Below are positions 1 through 9,763 of a stretch of DNA of 64,000 nt, in pieces. The position numbers were made by a program, and so were the translations under genes. The notes under the pieces were generated by a model. That model saw nothing but the letters and a program-made list of their open reading frames with translations, had not been told where the DNA came from and ran no database searches. Source of the DNA: an uncultured Verrucomicrobiae bacterium. Its GTDB lineage: Bacteria; Verrucomicrobiota; Verrucomicrobiia; Chthoniobacterales; JAFAMB01. Every line of letters starts with the position of its first letter. Positions within the stretch are counted from its first letter, which is position 1. Location: contig CAWIPH010000001.1 of the NCBI GenBank assembly GCA_963837955.1, positions 448,001-512,000 of the forward strand. The letters run 5' to 3'.

Positions 1-1
1 A

Positions 2-226
2 TTCCGGGTAGCAATCGGGGAAGGATTCTCGGCGAGGTTGCTTGGTGTAGAAACAGATAATCCGGATATTCGATTTGAAGTGAAGCCGATCACTCCCGGG
101 AAAGAACTGGAAGTGAGCGTAACGCCAAATGACACGAAACGCCCCCAAAGCGGTACGTTACTAATTAAGACAGATTACCCGCCCGAGAATCCGCAAACCT
201 ATTACGAGTACATTCGAGTGCAATAG
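2..226 (+). CDS. C-terminal part of a hypothetical protein (possibly DUF1573/Ig-like family), truncated by the window start
   Basis: Open frame from base 2 to TAG 224-226; beta-rich sequence ending TDYPPENPQTYYEYIRVQ; next ATG 1 nt downstream. Confidence 0.5.
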   Translation, partial: FRVAIGEGFSARLLGVETDNPDIRFEVKPITPGKELEVSVTPNDTKRPQSGTLLIKTDYPPENPQTYYEYIRVQ

Positions 227-227
227 G

Positions 228-644
228 ATGAAGGCAGGCGCGCAGGCTTTGCTTATTTTTCTCGCCGCCACCGCGTTCGCTGGCCTAACTGCGACCATCC
301 ACCCAAAGAGACCGAGCTTCCCCAATAGATCCTCCGAGCCTGGCGAAATCAGTCTGGAAGAGGTCCAAAATTGGAGAGAGCCCATGCTCTGGGTTGATGC
401 AAGGCCGGAATCGGATTACGAGGCGGAGCATGTACCGGGAGCCATTTCGCTGAATCCGGATAATTGGTCGGAACGGTTGCCCCATTTTCTTGATGGATGG
501 CGGCCCGCCGAGAAGGTGATCGTCTACTGCAGCGCAGCTAGTTGCGACACAGCCCGAGAAATTGCCGAGCGTCTTCGGCGAAGTGGCGTTGAGCCCGTCT
601 ATCATCTGAAAGGCGGATGGGAGAGCTGGAAGGCTAGCCGATGA
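228..644 (+). CDS. Rhodanese-like domain protein with N-terminal signal/anchor
   Basis: WVDARPESDYEAEHVPGAISL, active-site loop YCSAASC, LKGGWESW; stop overlaps next ATG (ATGA). Confidence 0.9.
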   Translation: MKAGAQALLIFLAATAFAGLTATIHPKRPSFPNRSSEPGEISLEEVQNWREPMLWVDARPESDYEAEHVPGAISLNPDNWSERLPHFLDGWRPAEKVIVYCSAASCDTAREIAERLRRSGVEPVYHLKGGWESWKASR

Positions 645-1090
645 GCGCCGAGGCCACAGGGTCCAATTCGCGAAACCGAATGCTCGAATGGGTATCGCTC
701 GGGTTTCGCATCCTGCTCGGGGGATTGTTTGTGTTGGCTGGCTGCCTGAAGATCCTCGACCCGGCAGCGTTCGCTCTGGAGATCGATAGATACCAATTGG
801 TTCCGTGGTGGGCTTGCGCACTTCTCGCGCTCTTTGTTCCTTCTTTGGAAATTTGCGTTGGACTAAGTCTGCTTTCCCCTTGGTTTGCGCGCGGAGCGGT
901 GGTTTGGGCCGGCATCCTGCTGACCCTCTTCAGCATCGCTTTGCTGACTGCCATGCTGCGAGGCTTGGGTATCGATTGTGGGTGCTTTGGTCGGGTCTGG
1001 CAATCAACTGGGACGTTTTGGCCACTCATCCGAAATTTAGTATTACTAGGAATAACTTTTTTTCTTTGGTGGCAACGTCGTCGCCCTTGA
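641..1090 (+). CDS. MauE/DoxX family membrane protein
   Basis: RILLGGLFVLAGCLKI, LEICVG, GIDCGCFG, LIRNL motifs; four hydrophobic segments. Confidence 0.85.
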   Translation: MSAEATGSNSRNRMLEWVSLGFRILLGGLFVLAGCLKILDPAAFALEIDRYQLVPWWACALLALFVPSLEICVGLSLLSPWFARGAVVWAGILLTLFSIALLTAMLRGLGIDCGCFGRVWQSTGTFWPLIRNLVLLGITFFLWWQRRRP

Positions 1091-1111
1091 GCTTTGCTCC
1101 CTGTTTCGCGC

Positions 1112-2206
1112 ATGGATTTTCCTTACCGTTGCTGGGTAGAAATTGAGACTGCCGCTTTGCGAGACAACGTCGAAGCGTTGCGGCGTTTTTTGGCGCCGGG
1201 CGTCAAAATTGCCGCCGTCATCAAAGCAGATGCGTACGGACACGGTCTGGAGGCGATTGCCCAACGAGTTGCGGATCAAGTCGATCTACTCAGTGTAGCA
1301 AATTTGGCCGAGGCAAAGCGCGTCCGAGGCGCTGGCGTGCATCTGCCGGTCATGATCCTCGCTCCGGCTTTGCCGGAAGAGCGTGCGGGAATCTCCGAAC
1401 AGAGATTCATCCCAACCGTTTCCACCGCAGAAGAGGCAGCCGGCTACGCTCCGGCCGTCAAAGGCGCTCCATTACCCATTCATTTCGTCATTGATACCGG
1501 TATGGGACGAATTGGACTCTGGGAGGAACAAGCGATTGTGGAGTTGCGATTGATTCAGACCATGAAGAATCTTCGCGTCGAAGCACTCTCGAGCCATTTG
1601 CCAGTCGCCGACGAAGATCCAGTTTACACGGCGCAACAACTCGAACGAGTGCGCGCTCAAATTGAGAAATTGTCACCGGCAAGTTCCACGGTCTTGAACA
1701 GCCCGGGGATCATTCGGTTTGGGTCGTTCGCGCGGCCCGGTGATGTCGTGCGCGCAGGGCTGGCCCTCTATGGGATTTCGCCTTTGCCAGAATTCCAAGC
1801 ACGCTTCCGGCCGGCGTTGACCTGGAAGACACGAGTCATTCTTGTGCGCGATGTAGGAGCGGGGCGCAGCATCAGCTACGGGCGCACCTTCATTACCGAA
1901 CGCCCCACCCGGGTCGCAACGCTGGCGGTTGGTTACGGCGACGGCTATCAACGACATTTATCGGGACGGGACGCCGATGTGCTTATTCGGGGCAAGCGCT
2001 GCCCGCTTCTTGGGCGAGTGACCATGGACCAAGTCATGGTCGACGTTTCGCATCTCGGCCAGTTAAACGTCGGTGAAGAAGTGATCCTGGTGGGCACTCA
2101 AGGGAATGAGACGGTCCTTGCCTCCGAGCTAGCCACGAAGGCGGGCACAATCCCCTGGGAAATATTTACCGGGATTACCAAGCGGGTCGAACGGGTCTAC
2201 CGGTAG
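1112..2206 (+). CDS. alr: Alanine racemase
   Basis: AVIKADAYGHG (PLP lysine), DTGMGRIG, ISYGRTF, GYGDG, GRVTMDQ. Confidence 0.97.
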   Translation: MDFPYRCWVEIETAALRDNVEALRRFLAPGVKIAAVIKADAYGHGLEAIAQRVADQVDLLSVANLAEAKRVRGAGVHLPVMILAPALPEERAGISEQRFIPTVSTAEEAAGYAPAVKGAPLPIHFVIDTGMGRIGLWEEQAIVELRLIQTMKNLRVEALSSHLPVADEDPVYTAQQLERVRAQIEKLSPASSTVLNSPGIIRFGSFARPGDVVRAGLALYGISPLPEFQARFRPALTWKTRVILVRDVGAGRSISYGRTFITERPTRVATLAVGYGDGYQRHLSGRDADVLIRGKRCPLLGRVTMDQVMVDVSHLGQLNVGEEVILVGTQGNETVLASELATKAGTIPWEIFTGITKRVERVYR

Positions 2207-2216
2207 CAGGGGGGAC

Positions 2217-2626
2217 GAGTTACAGGTTACAAGTTGCAGGTTGGTGGCGGCGACTGTCCTGCTACGTACAGCGCTGCTGAGTCAGAAATTACTGGTGCGG
2301 AGTGACCGTTTGCGCCAAATCACAAAACGCAGTCGCCATTGGTCGGGAGGGATCGCAGCCTGTCCGACATAGCTTTTTGATGCATCACGCTCAACCGTGC
2401 GCTTCTGCGACGTCGGATCCTCGCGATCCGCGGCGCACGAGGACGTGCGCCCTCCCCAATTGGTTCCTCCACGCAAGCGTCGTAAGCCGCATGCTTTCAG
2501 GCTACCAGTACAGTCGCCGCGCCCCTAACCGGATGGTTGGCGGTAGCGGCAGGAAAAGCGTTACAAATACTCGACGTGCGCTCAATCCGTTCCCGGCGCT
2601 CTCGGCGATGACGGCGTTCCCGGCGT
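2217..2626. repeat. Composite intergenic repeat: heptamer run, inverted GCGGCGACTGT pair (2247/2520), GGAG-type REP doublet (2345-2456) with a 61-bp insert, 9-mer run (2588-2626)
   Basis: REP doublet matches copies at 23856-24024 and 40165-40216; 9-mer CGTTCCCGG-type units recur near 22436, 26865 and 40277. Confidence 0.85.
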
Positions 2627-2627
2627 T

Positions 2628-2933
2628 CTACTCCATCCCTTCATTTGCCGATTGATTCTTCAAGGCGAGGGAACCGTACTTATCCGAGTTCTGCTGAAAC
2701 TTCTTCAGACAATCTTTGCAGCAGAACGCAATCGTCTTGCCTTGGTATTGGGCGTAGACCGGCTTCCCAACGTCACCGACCTTATCACCGGAAACCGGGC
2801 AGACTGAGTTAACCGCTTTGCCAGACGTTTGGGCGGATTGAGCTGCACTCGCACTCCCCGTCGGGCTAGGATCAGCCGCGAAAGCGCTGACGGTAAACGC
2901 TGCGACTAACATGGCTATCATTTGTTTCTTCAT
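2628..2933 (-). CDS. Secreted YHS/TRASH-like heavy-metal-binding protein
   Basis: Signal peptide; CPVSG and YQGKTIAFCCKDC motifs. Confidence 0.8.
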   Translation of the reverse strand: MKKQMIAMLVAAFTVSAFAADPSPTGSASAAQSAQTSGKAVNSVCPVSGDKVGDVGKPVYAQYQGKTIAFCCKDCLKKFQQNSDKYGSLALKNQSANEGME

Positions 2934-3082
2934 CGTTGATTACTGTTTCAGTTCGGTTTGTTAACTTGGCAATCTATTTAGACGAGTTGCGCGTCAAGAT
3001 ATTAGTCAGGTGTAGTGAACTCGATCGTCGTTCAAGCAAGATGCATCGACTCTTCCGATGCTTAAACCAGGATTTGGTCAGC

Positions 3083-4492
3083 TCAACCGCCGTGCTTCAT
3101 ATCCATGTGATCCATGTTCATTTTATCCATGGGCTTCTCGCTCTTCTCTGAACTCGGAACAAAGCCTAAATCGCGCTGCAACTCATCATTGCTGGCCAAG
3201 CTTGCCAACGTCCCTGGCGGATTCTCGTACCAGCCAGGGTCATCGTAACTCGTCAGGTTTTCTCGAACCTTCACGATCGTGAACAACCCCCCCATGTCAA
3301 TGTAGTCGTGCTTACCCTCCATGCCGACCATCGGAATACTGTTGCGCGGGACCGGCATGCCCATTTCGCCCATGTCAGCCATGCCGCTCTCGCCCATTGA
3401 CATATAACCGGGGAGTAATTTGCTTACTCTATTATCGAGCTTGCTTGGACGTACCCCGATGAGATTGGGTGCTTTATGCCCCATTTGATTCATGGCGTGA
3501 TGGGTCATATGGCAGTGCATCGCCCAATCGCCGGGATTGTCCGCAATGAATTCTACGGTCCGGGTTTGGCCGACGGCGACCAGGACCGTGGTCTCCGGCC
3601 ACTGCGCTGATTCTGGAATTTGTCCTCCGTCCGTTTCAGTGATCTTCCAGTGGACCCCGTGAATATGGATCGGATGATGCTCCATCGGGCTTAAATTCCC
3701 GAACCGGATTCTTACTCGATCTCCGTATTTGGCCACTAACGGGGCAGTACCTGGAAACGCGCGACCATTAAGTGTGAAGACATTGAAGTCCGTCATTTCG
3801 ATCGGGTTGGGCCGCATGGTGCCCACATCGATCCTCCACTCACTCGCCATGAGAGCGAAGTCTCGATCCGCCTTTGGACCAGTGGGATTTCGCGGATGAA
3901 TGATAAACATCCCCATCATTCCAAGCGCTATCTGGGTCATCTCGTCGGAATGAGAGTGGTACATGAATGTCCCGTGCTGCCTGAGCTTAAACTCGTATTT
4001 ATAGGTCTCGCCGGGTCCGATATTTTTCTGGCTCAGCCCAGCCACTCCATCCATACCCGATGGCACAAGCACACCGTGCCAGTGAACAGTGGTGTTCTCC
4101 GGAAGCCTGTTCGTCACGTACATGCGCACCTGATCCCCCTCCACCGCCTCAATGGTTGGGCCGTGAACCTGACCATTGAAGCCCCAGCAACGAGCGCGAA
4201 GTCCAGGTGCAAATTCGTGATCAACTTCTTCAGCGATTAGATGGAATACTTTGACGCCTCCCACCAATTTATAGGGCAGCGTGGATAAGTTTGGTGTGAT
4301 GACTGGAGTATAATCTTTGCCGGGTTCACCCGGAGGATAGTCCGCTTGATCAGATTGAGCGTTTCCCTTGATTTTCTCGGGATTTTCGAACGGCTGTCTA
4401 GCAGGCTCCGCTCCTTGTACGGTAGTAGCGCCGAGCGCAGCCGCGCCTGCAGTAACAACTGCGTTAGAGAAGAACTTGCGGCGAGATATCAT
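3083..4492 (-). CDS. Tat-exported multicopper oxidase (copper oxidase) with Met/His-rich segments
   Basis: SRRKFF twin-arginine signal; copper motifs HWHG, YHSH, HPIHIHG, HCHMTHH; tail MDKMNMDHMDMKHGG. Confidence 0.93.
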   Translation of the reverse strand: MISRRKFFSNAVVTAGAAALGATTVQGAEPARQPFENPEKIKGNAQSDQADYPPGEPGKDYTPVITPNLSTLPYKLVGGVKVFHLIAEEVDHEFAPGLRARCWGFNGQVHGPTIEAVEGDQVRMYVTNRLPENTTVHWHGVLVPSGMDGVAGLSQKNIGPGETYKYEFKLRQHGTFMYHSHSDEMTQIALGMMGMFIIHPRNPTGPKADRDFALMASEWRIDVGTMRPNPIEMTDFNVFTLNGRAFPGTAPLVAKYGDRVRIRFGNLSPMEHHPIHIHGVHWKITETDGGQIPESAQWPETTVLVAVGQTRTVEFIADNPGDWAMHCHMTHHAMNQMGHKAPNLIGVRPSKLDNRVSKLLPGYMSMGESGMADMGEMGMPVPRNSIPMVGMEGKHDYIDMGGLFTIVKVRENLTSYDDPGWYENPPGTLASLASNDELQRDLGFVPSSEKSEKPMDKMNMDHMDMKHGG

Positions 4493-4509
4493 AACTTTTT
4501 AATTCTTGG

Positions 4510-5940
4510 TTAATTGTTTTTGGCTGGCCTTGGCAGCCTTGCATTTATGACGGGTTGGGATTTGCCGTCTGTTGGTTGGCGCGGATTCAGGTTACCGCCC
4601 ACAGCTCGTTCGAGTTCCGCTCGTGTAATCCAGTAATCTCTGACTGCCTCAAGGTATTCGCGCTCGGTACGCGCCTCTTCGGCTTTTGTGCTAAAGAGTT
4701 CAAAATTATCAATCTCCATCGCGTTATATTGCATGAGACTTTCGTTGAGGATTCGACGCTGGCCCGGCAGAAGCTCGTCATGATAGAAACGAGCGATCTC
4801 CCTTTTGCTGGTGAGCTCGTCCCGCAGCTCTCTTATCTGAGAGCGAACGTCAACTGCCAGTGCTTCAAACTTGTCCTGTGACTGTCTTAGAGCCGCTTCA
4901 CCCCTGGCGATCCGCCCTTGCCCTTGATTGAAGATCGGTAACTCGATTGCGAACGTCGGACCAGTCCTGGTTTGCGAATCAGTTTCCCGTTCGCTATTGA
5001 ACCCGAAATCCAACGCACCCACGAGTCGGAGGCTTTTAGTCAGTCCGAGATTCTTAACCTGGCTTGTGACCTGGAGGTAGCCAGCCTGTAAGTCCAACCG
5101 TTGGGATATGGCCAAGCGTTCGAGCACTCTCATGGGAACGTCTGAACTCGGCACCTCGGGCAGTTCACCGGCGATTTGCCACTCTGTATCCGTGCCCCAC
5201 AATCCAAGCAGGCGATTGAACCTCTCACGATTTCGCCGGATTTCGGCGTCCGTTGAGGCGACATCCAGTCGGGAACGGCTGTAACTCTCTTGCTGCTGAG
5301 CCAGCGCCAAGTCAGTGATATTCCCAGCTTCGTGCTGTCGCTGGGCTAGATCCAGCGAAGCGGCGTTAGTATCTACGATCACCTTAAACCGCTTTAGGAG
5401 CTGCTGGGAGGCTTGCAGCGAATAGAAGGCGCTTTTGACCTTCGAAACCAGTTCGAGAGTTGCATCCGCTACCCGCAGAGCCGCAGCTTCCAGCTGAACT
5501 TTAGCAACCTGCTTTTTCAGCGGAATCATGATGATGCTTAAAAAGTCAATGGCCGCGCCATAGTCGATGTATGTGCCGGAGGGCGGCTTGTCCGGAATTC
5601 TTACTGCTAAATCGAACCTCGGATTCGGGAATGTTGCAGCCTCTATAAGGTCGGCGGTCGAAAGACCAATTTCCTCGAAAGTCGCCTGCAGCGATCGATT
5701 GTTTAACAGCGCAATCTGAACGGCGGTGTCGACTGTCAAAGGCTTGCGAAGAAGCTGGCGCACCTCTTGGAGAGCTTGTTCATGCGCTGCCTGATCCTCT
5801 TCCCAACGAACCGCTTTTCCCGTACGTTCCTGAACCGACTGCTGGACATCTTGAATCGCCTGCTCTTTCTCGCGGGCGAAACCCGACGGTAATGTCATCG
5901 CCAGAATTGATGAACAGGTCACAAACCTTGTAATGGTCAT
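4510..5940 (-). CDS. TolC-family outer-membrane protein (copper-resistance associated)
   Basis: LTVDTAVQIALLNNRSLQA, ELPIFNQGQG, ARAELERAVGG-type OEP repeats; directly upstream of the oxidase. Confidence 0.9.
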   Translation of the reverse strand: MTITRFVTCSSILAMTLPSGFAREKEQAIQDVQQSVQERTGKAVRWEEDQAAHEQALQEVRQLLRKPLTVDTAVQIALLNNRSLQATFEEIGLSTADLIEAATFPNPRFDLAVRIPDKPPSGTYIDYGAAIDFLSIIMIPLKKQVAKVQLEAAALRVADATLELVSKVKSAFYSLQASQQLLKRFKVIVDTNAASLDLAQRQHEAGNITDLALAQQQESYSRSRLDVASTDAEIRRNRERFNRLLGLWGTDTEWQIAGELPEVPSSDVPMRVLERLAISQRLDLQAGYLQVTSQVKNLGLTKSLRLVGALDFGFNSERETDSQTRTGPTFAIELPIFNQGQGRIARGEAALRQSQDKFEALAVDVRSQIRELRDELTSKREIARFYHDELLPGQRRILNESLMQYNAMEIDNFELFSTKAEEARTEREYLEAVRDYWITRAELERAVGGNLNPRQPTDGKSQPVINARLPRPAKNN

Positions 5941-5946
5941 GTGTTA

Positions 5947-6255
5947 TTAATTGTTAGGAGTCGGTGATGGTTGGGATTGTTCCTGGGGCATGTTCATGTC
6001 AGGCATCTGATCCATTTGCCCCGGTTGCAGGGTCTGAGTCGGCGACGCCTGCTGCTCCTGTTTGGCAACTTGTGCGAAAATCTGGCGAGTTTTCTTCGTA
6101 AGATCGTCGGCTCCAAGTGCGTTACGAAGGGGTCTTACAGCGGCTTGCGGCGCTGATGGACTTGCTGGGTCATCAGCTGTGAGCTGAGGTGAAGAAGTTG
6201 TTGCGCAGCCTACTAGGAGGCCCAAAGCGATTAACAGGATAGAATATCGATTCAT
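5947..6255 (-). CDS. Small lipoprotein with Met-rich C-terminus
   Basis: Lipobox LVGC; QMDQMPDMNMP; start shares base 6255 with the upstream stop. Confidence 0.75.
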   Translation of the reverse strand: MNRYSILLIALGLLVGCATTSSPQLTADDPASPSAPQAAVRPLRNALGADDLTKKTRQIFAQVAKQEQQASPTQTLQPGQMDQMPDMNMPQEQSQPSPTPNN

Positions 6256-6764
6256 TATTTGTCGTGGTGACCGGTTTCAGGGGATGGAGTTGGAGTTTCA
6301 CCCGGCCGAAATTCGGTATGCCTCACCTGGCCACCCGCCTGAGCGATGTAGATAGCGAGCCCCGAACAAACAATAGCGACCGCGAGAGTCGTTGCTGCCA
6401 ATGGCACACCCGCCCTCGGCCATTTGACTGGAATCAGAAGGCCGGCCAGAGCCAAAAACGCCAAGAAATAGAAAGCCCCTATTGTTTTTTCGGCTCGATC
6501 CATGTGTTCATCGAGCGCATCAGCTCCCGTGTCATCGGCCATGCGACGGACTGTCTTGTACGCCCTCTGCCCGGTCACAAAAACTGGGTACGCTGACACC
6601 CCGGCGATGAGCGTGAGGACCAACGCTGTGATCTGCGCAGCGCGGCTTCGAAGAAGCAATGCAATCGCCAGGGCTAACGCCCCAAGCATCGAGCCGTAAA
6701 TTGGGAGATGATTCAATATCACGTGGATGTATTCAGGCTTCTTAAGAAGATCTAATTCGGTCAT
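6255..6764 (-). CDS. DUF2231-like four-TM membrane protein
   Basis: HVILNHLPI, TG...H and GGQVRH motifs. Confidence 0.7.
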   Translation of the reverse strand: MTELDLLKKPEYIHVILNHLPIYGSMLGALALAIALLLRSRAAQITALVLTLIAGVSAYPVFVTGQRAYKTVRRMADDTGADALDEHMDRAEKTIGAFYFLAFLALAGLLIPVKWPRAGVPLAATTLAVAIVCSGLAIYIAQAGGQVRHTEFRPGETPTPSPETGHHDK

Positions 6765-6778
6765 AGGATGTTGATATT

Positions 6779-6912
6779 TGCTGAATCAGCAGTTTCAGAG
6801 GAATGGCAGCCGCCCAGCTGCGGAACGGATCTGGGTGCGAACTACTCAAAGCCAGTTTGAGAGTCCGACTAGACGGCGGTTTAGCCAGCCGCAGAAAACA
6901 GGCTAGCCGTCT
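6779..6912 (-). promoter_or_regulatory. Structured spacer between the leader ORF and the first operon gene
   Basis: AGACGGC/GCCGTCT and TAGCC/GGCTA pairings (6871-6912), CTCAAA/TTTGAG (6845-6861), TGCTGA/TCAGCA (6779-6791). Confidence 0.5.
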
Positions 6913-7344
6913 CTAAGAGAGGCCTGGAGGAGCGTTTTCGCGCAGAGAACGCTGGAGCACAATTTCGACGAACGAGCCAGCGGATGGAGGTCCAGTATCG
7001 TACTCCGTGCTCGGAAGAATACATCTTGGAGATTCTAACAAAACTAGATGACCGATAGCAAAGAGCTGAGTCCCGGCCAGAACGGGACTAAAAGAGATTT
7101 TCGCTTTGGCGACGCCAGCATGAGAACTCAAAAGCCCCTGACAACAGGCTAACATCCCAGGCTGACTAGGAGATTTGGTGTCACTTTTGGGGCAATGTGC
7201 CGGACAATGGGGAATTGGAACAGCCGTCTCGTGAGGGTGGGTCATAAGCCCTAGCAGACAGTGATTGCTAGCGGCAAACCAGGCGAGTACAGCCACCATC
7301 GCGACTGCTGCATTAAGAAATCTCGCCTTAGCCAACCAGTTCAT
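6913..7344 (-). CDS. CutF/CruR (DUF2946)-like leader protein, candidate metal-sensing arrest peptide
   Basis: Hydrophobic N-terminus, HCPAHC, CC, C-terminal TGPP...SLRENAPPGLS; first ORF of the copper operon. Confidence 0.65.
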   Translation of the reverse strand: MNWLAKARFLNAAVAMVAVLAWFAASNHCLLGLMTHPHETAVPIPHCPAHCPKSDTKSPSQPGMLACCQGLLSSHAGVAKAKISFSPVLAGTQLFAIGHLVLLESPRCILPSTEYDTGPPSAGSFVEIVLQRSLRENAPPGLS

Positions 7345-7471
7345 GACGACCCGTTGACCCTACTTTCCTGACCCCCATTTACAACTTAAAATGCCACAGC
7401 GCGTGAATTCAATTTGCTCCATGACCGAACTCATTCATTGGGAATCCACACCAACTGTGGTTTCTTGAAGA

Positions 7472-9589
7472 ATGAGCGGTCAACTATCAACGAATCGACT
7501 CGTTCACGAAAAATCTCCCTACCTGCTGCAACACGCCCATAATCCGGTCGACTGGTTCCCGTGGGGTGAAGAGGCATTCGACAAAGCGCGCGAAGAGAAT
7601 AAACCGATCTTTCTCTCGGTTGGTTACTCTACCTGCCACTGGTGCCACGTTATGGAGCATGAGTCGTTCGAAAATTCAGAGATAGCCGCGCTTTTGAATC
7701 GCCACTTCATCAGCATCAAGGTCGATCGGGAAGAACGCCCGGATGTTGATCGTGTTTATATGCTCTTTGTACAAAGCACAACCGGTTCAGGTGGTTGGCC
7801 GATGAGTGTATTTCTTACACCGCAACTTCAGCCGTTTCTTGGCGGTACCTACTATCCGCCCGAGGATCGTTACGGAAGGCCAGGATTTGGCACTTTGTTG
7901 GAACGTCTGGCCGGCATCTGGCAAGAGCATCAGGAAAAGGTCGTCGACCAAGGTCAACAATTCACCAATGCATTGAATGAGGCTTTGACCAAAAAGGTAT
8001 CGCAACCCGTTGGATCCTTGCGTCCGGAATGGCTGGATACCGCCTACCAGCAGATTGCTGCAGGATTCGATCCGGAAGAAGGGGGGTTCGGATCAGCGCC
8101 GAAGTTCCCGCGTCCGGCCGTGTTCCATTTTCTTTTACGATATTGGGCCCGAACGGGTTCTTCGTCCGCTTTGGACATGACGCTTTTCACACTGCGGAAA
8201 ATGGCAGCGGGCGGCATGTATGACCATCTCGGCGGCGGCTTTCACCGTTACTCGGTCGACGAGCGTTGGCACGTGCCGCACTTCGAGAAGATGCTGTACG
8301 ATCAGGCTCAACTTGTGTCCGTTTACACCGAGGCCTATCAGATCACTCGGGAGAATCGGTTTGCCGAGGTCGTAGAGAAAACTCTGGAGTATCTGGTCCG
8401 CGATCTAGCTGCTCCGGAAGGCGGATTCTATTCGGCCGAAGATGCGGATAGCTTGCCTTCCCAAACTGCGACCGAAAAAAAGGAAGGCGCGTTTTATGTC
8501 TGGACGGATTCGGAGATAAACACTGTCTTGTCAGCGGATGAATCACTAGTATTCCGCCGGACCTTTGGGGTGGAAAAGGGCGGGAATGTGCGTTCAGACA
8601 GCGACCCCCACCGGGAGCTGTCTGGCCAGAATGTCCTGTTTCTCCAAAATGATGCGGAGCTAGTGGCAAAGCTGACTGGGAAGACGCAGTCGGAGGTGGA
8701 AAACCTTCTGGCATCTGCTCAGAAGAAGCTTTTCCAGACGAGGGCACAGCGGCCTCGTCCGCATTTGGACGATAAAATCATCACCGCATGGAACGGTCTT
8801 TTGCTTTCGGCTTTAGCCCGAACCTACCAGGTTTTTCGGAACCCAATCCACCTTGAGCACGCTCAACGAACCGCAGGTTTTTTACGGAGCCGACTGCATA
8901 CCGAGCGCTTAATGCGCAGCTATCGCCAGGGACCGAGCGCCGTTCCTGGTTTTGCCGAGGATTACGCGTTTCTGATCCAAGGATTGCTCGATTTGTACGA
9001 AGCCGATTTCGATCATCAATGGTTGCAATGGGCCGTGGAACTCCAGACCGAGTTCGATGGACGGTTTGCTGATCCGAATGGCGGGTTCTTTAGTACCGAA
9101 GGTGATGCCACGGACATTCTCTTCCGTTTGAGAGATGATCACGACGGCGCGGAGCCATCGGCGAACTCGGTGGCAGCGATGAATCTGATCCGGCTAAGTC
9201 GCATCTTTGGTCGAGCCGACTACGAGTCCACTGCAACCCGTTTGATCAGCAGCTTTCAGGAAGTGCTCGACCGTCAGCCGGCCGCAATGCCGCAAATGCT
9301 AGGTGCGGTAGATGCGCTGCTCGCTGATCCGCTCCAAATCGTTATCGCGACGCGGAACCCGGTCGATGATGCGCTGCTACAGGCTGCTCAGACGGCCTAT
9401 CTGCCACGCCGAGTCTTGTTGTTGGCAGACGGCAAAGAGGGGTGGCTTGCTCAACAAGTTCCGGAGTTGGGCGGTATGGATCTGATCGACGGCCGGTCCG
9501 CCGCATACGTCTGTCGAAACTTCGCTTGTGAATTACCGATTACTGATCCTGACGCTTTAGCGGCAAAGTTGACAAAGCCGGTCTCGTGA
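7472..9589 (+). CDS. Thioredoxin-domain protein, YyaL/SSP411 (DUF255) family
   Basis: [47 protein letters not shown]. Confidence 0.95.
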   Translation: MSGQLSTNRLVHEKSPYLLQHAHNPVDWFPWGEEAFDKAREENKPIFLSVGYSTCHWCHVMEHESFENSEIAALLNRHFISIKVDREERPDVDRVYMLFVQSTTGSGGWPMSVFLTPQLQPFLGGTYYPPEDRYGRPGFGTLLERLAGIWQEHQEKVVDQGQQFTNALNEALTKKVSQPVGSLRPEWLDTAYQQIAAGFDPEEGGFGSAPKFPRPAVFHFLLRYWARTGSSSALDMTLFTLRKMAAGGMYDHLGGGFHRYSVDERWHVPHFEKMLYDQAQLVSVYTEAYQITRENRFAEVVEKTLEYLVRDLAAPEGGFYSAEDADSLPSQTATEKKEGAFYVWTDSEINTVLSADESLVFRRTFGVEKGGNVRSDSDPHRELSGQNVLFLQNDAELVAKLTGKTQSEVENLLASAQKKLFQTRAQRPRPHLDDKIITAWNGLLLSALARTYQVFRNPIHLEHAQRTAGFLRSRLHTERLMRSYRQGPSAVPGFAEDYAFLIQGLLDLYEADFDHQWLQWAVELQTEFDGRFADPNGGFFSTEGDATDILFRLRDDHDGAEPSANSVAAMNLIRLSRIFGRADYESTATRLISSFQEVLDRQPAAMPQMLGAVDALLADPLQIVIATRNPVDDALLQAAQTAYLPRRVLLLADGKEGWLAQQVPELGGMDLIDGRSAAYVCRNFACELPITDPDALAAKLTKPVS

Positions 9590-9606
9590 TCCGGGGTGGA
9601 TTGGCC

Positions 9607-9750
9607 GGAGGGTGCGTCCCGCGGCCGCGGGACGCCCGGGAATAATCAAGCGCACACCGAGGAATCGAGGCAGTGATCCGTTGGGCTTCGACCTATCAAG
9701 GGCTATCCCCGGGAGCAGCAAGCTACTCCCCTCCGAAGTCGGCGGTCAGC
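9607..9750. repeat. Left copy of an inverted repeat starting with a GGAG-type palindrome
   Basis: Reverse complement matches 10246-10376 plus 10563-10575; palindrome GCGTCCCGCGGCCGCGGGACGC at 9614-9635. Confidence 0.9.
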
Positions 9751-9763
9751 CCCAACTAACCTG

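Noticed and set aside
2282..2655. ORFs read from repeats (also 23822-24185, 31170-31703, 52091-52498, 57992-58402, 59750-60299)
   Set aside because: Their similarity to each other comes from the underlying DNA repeats; no protein-family features
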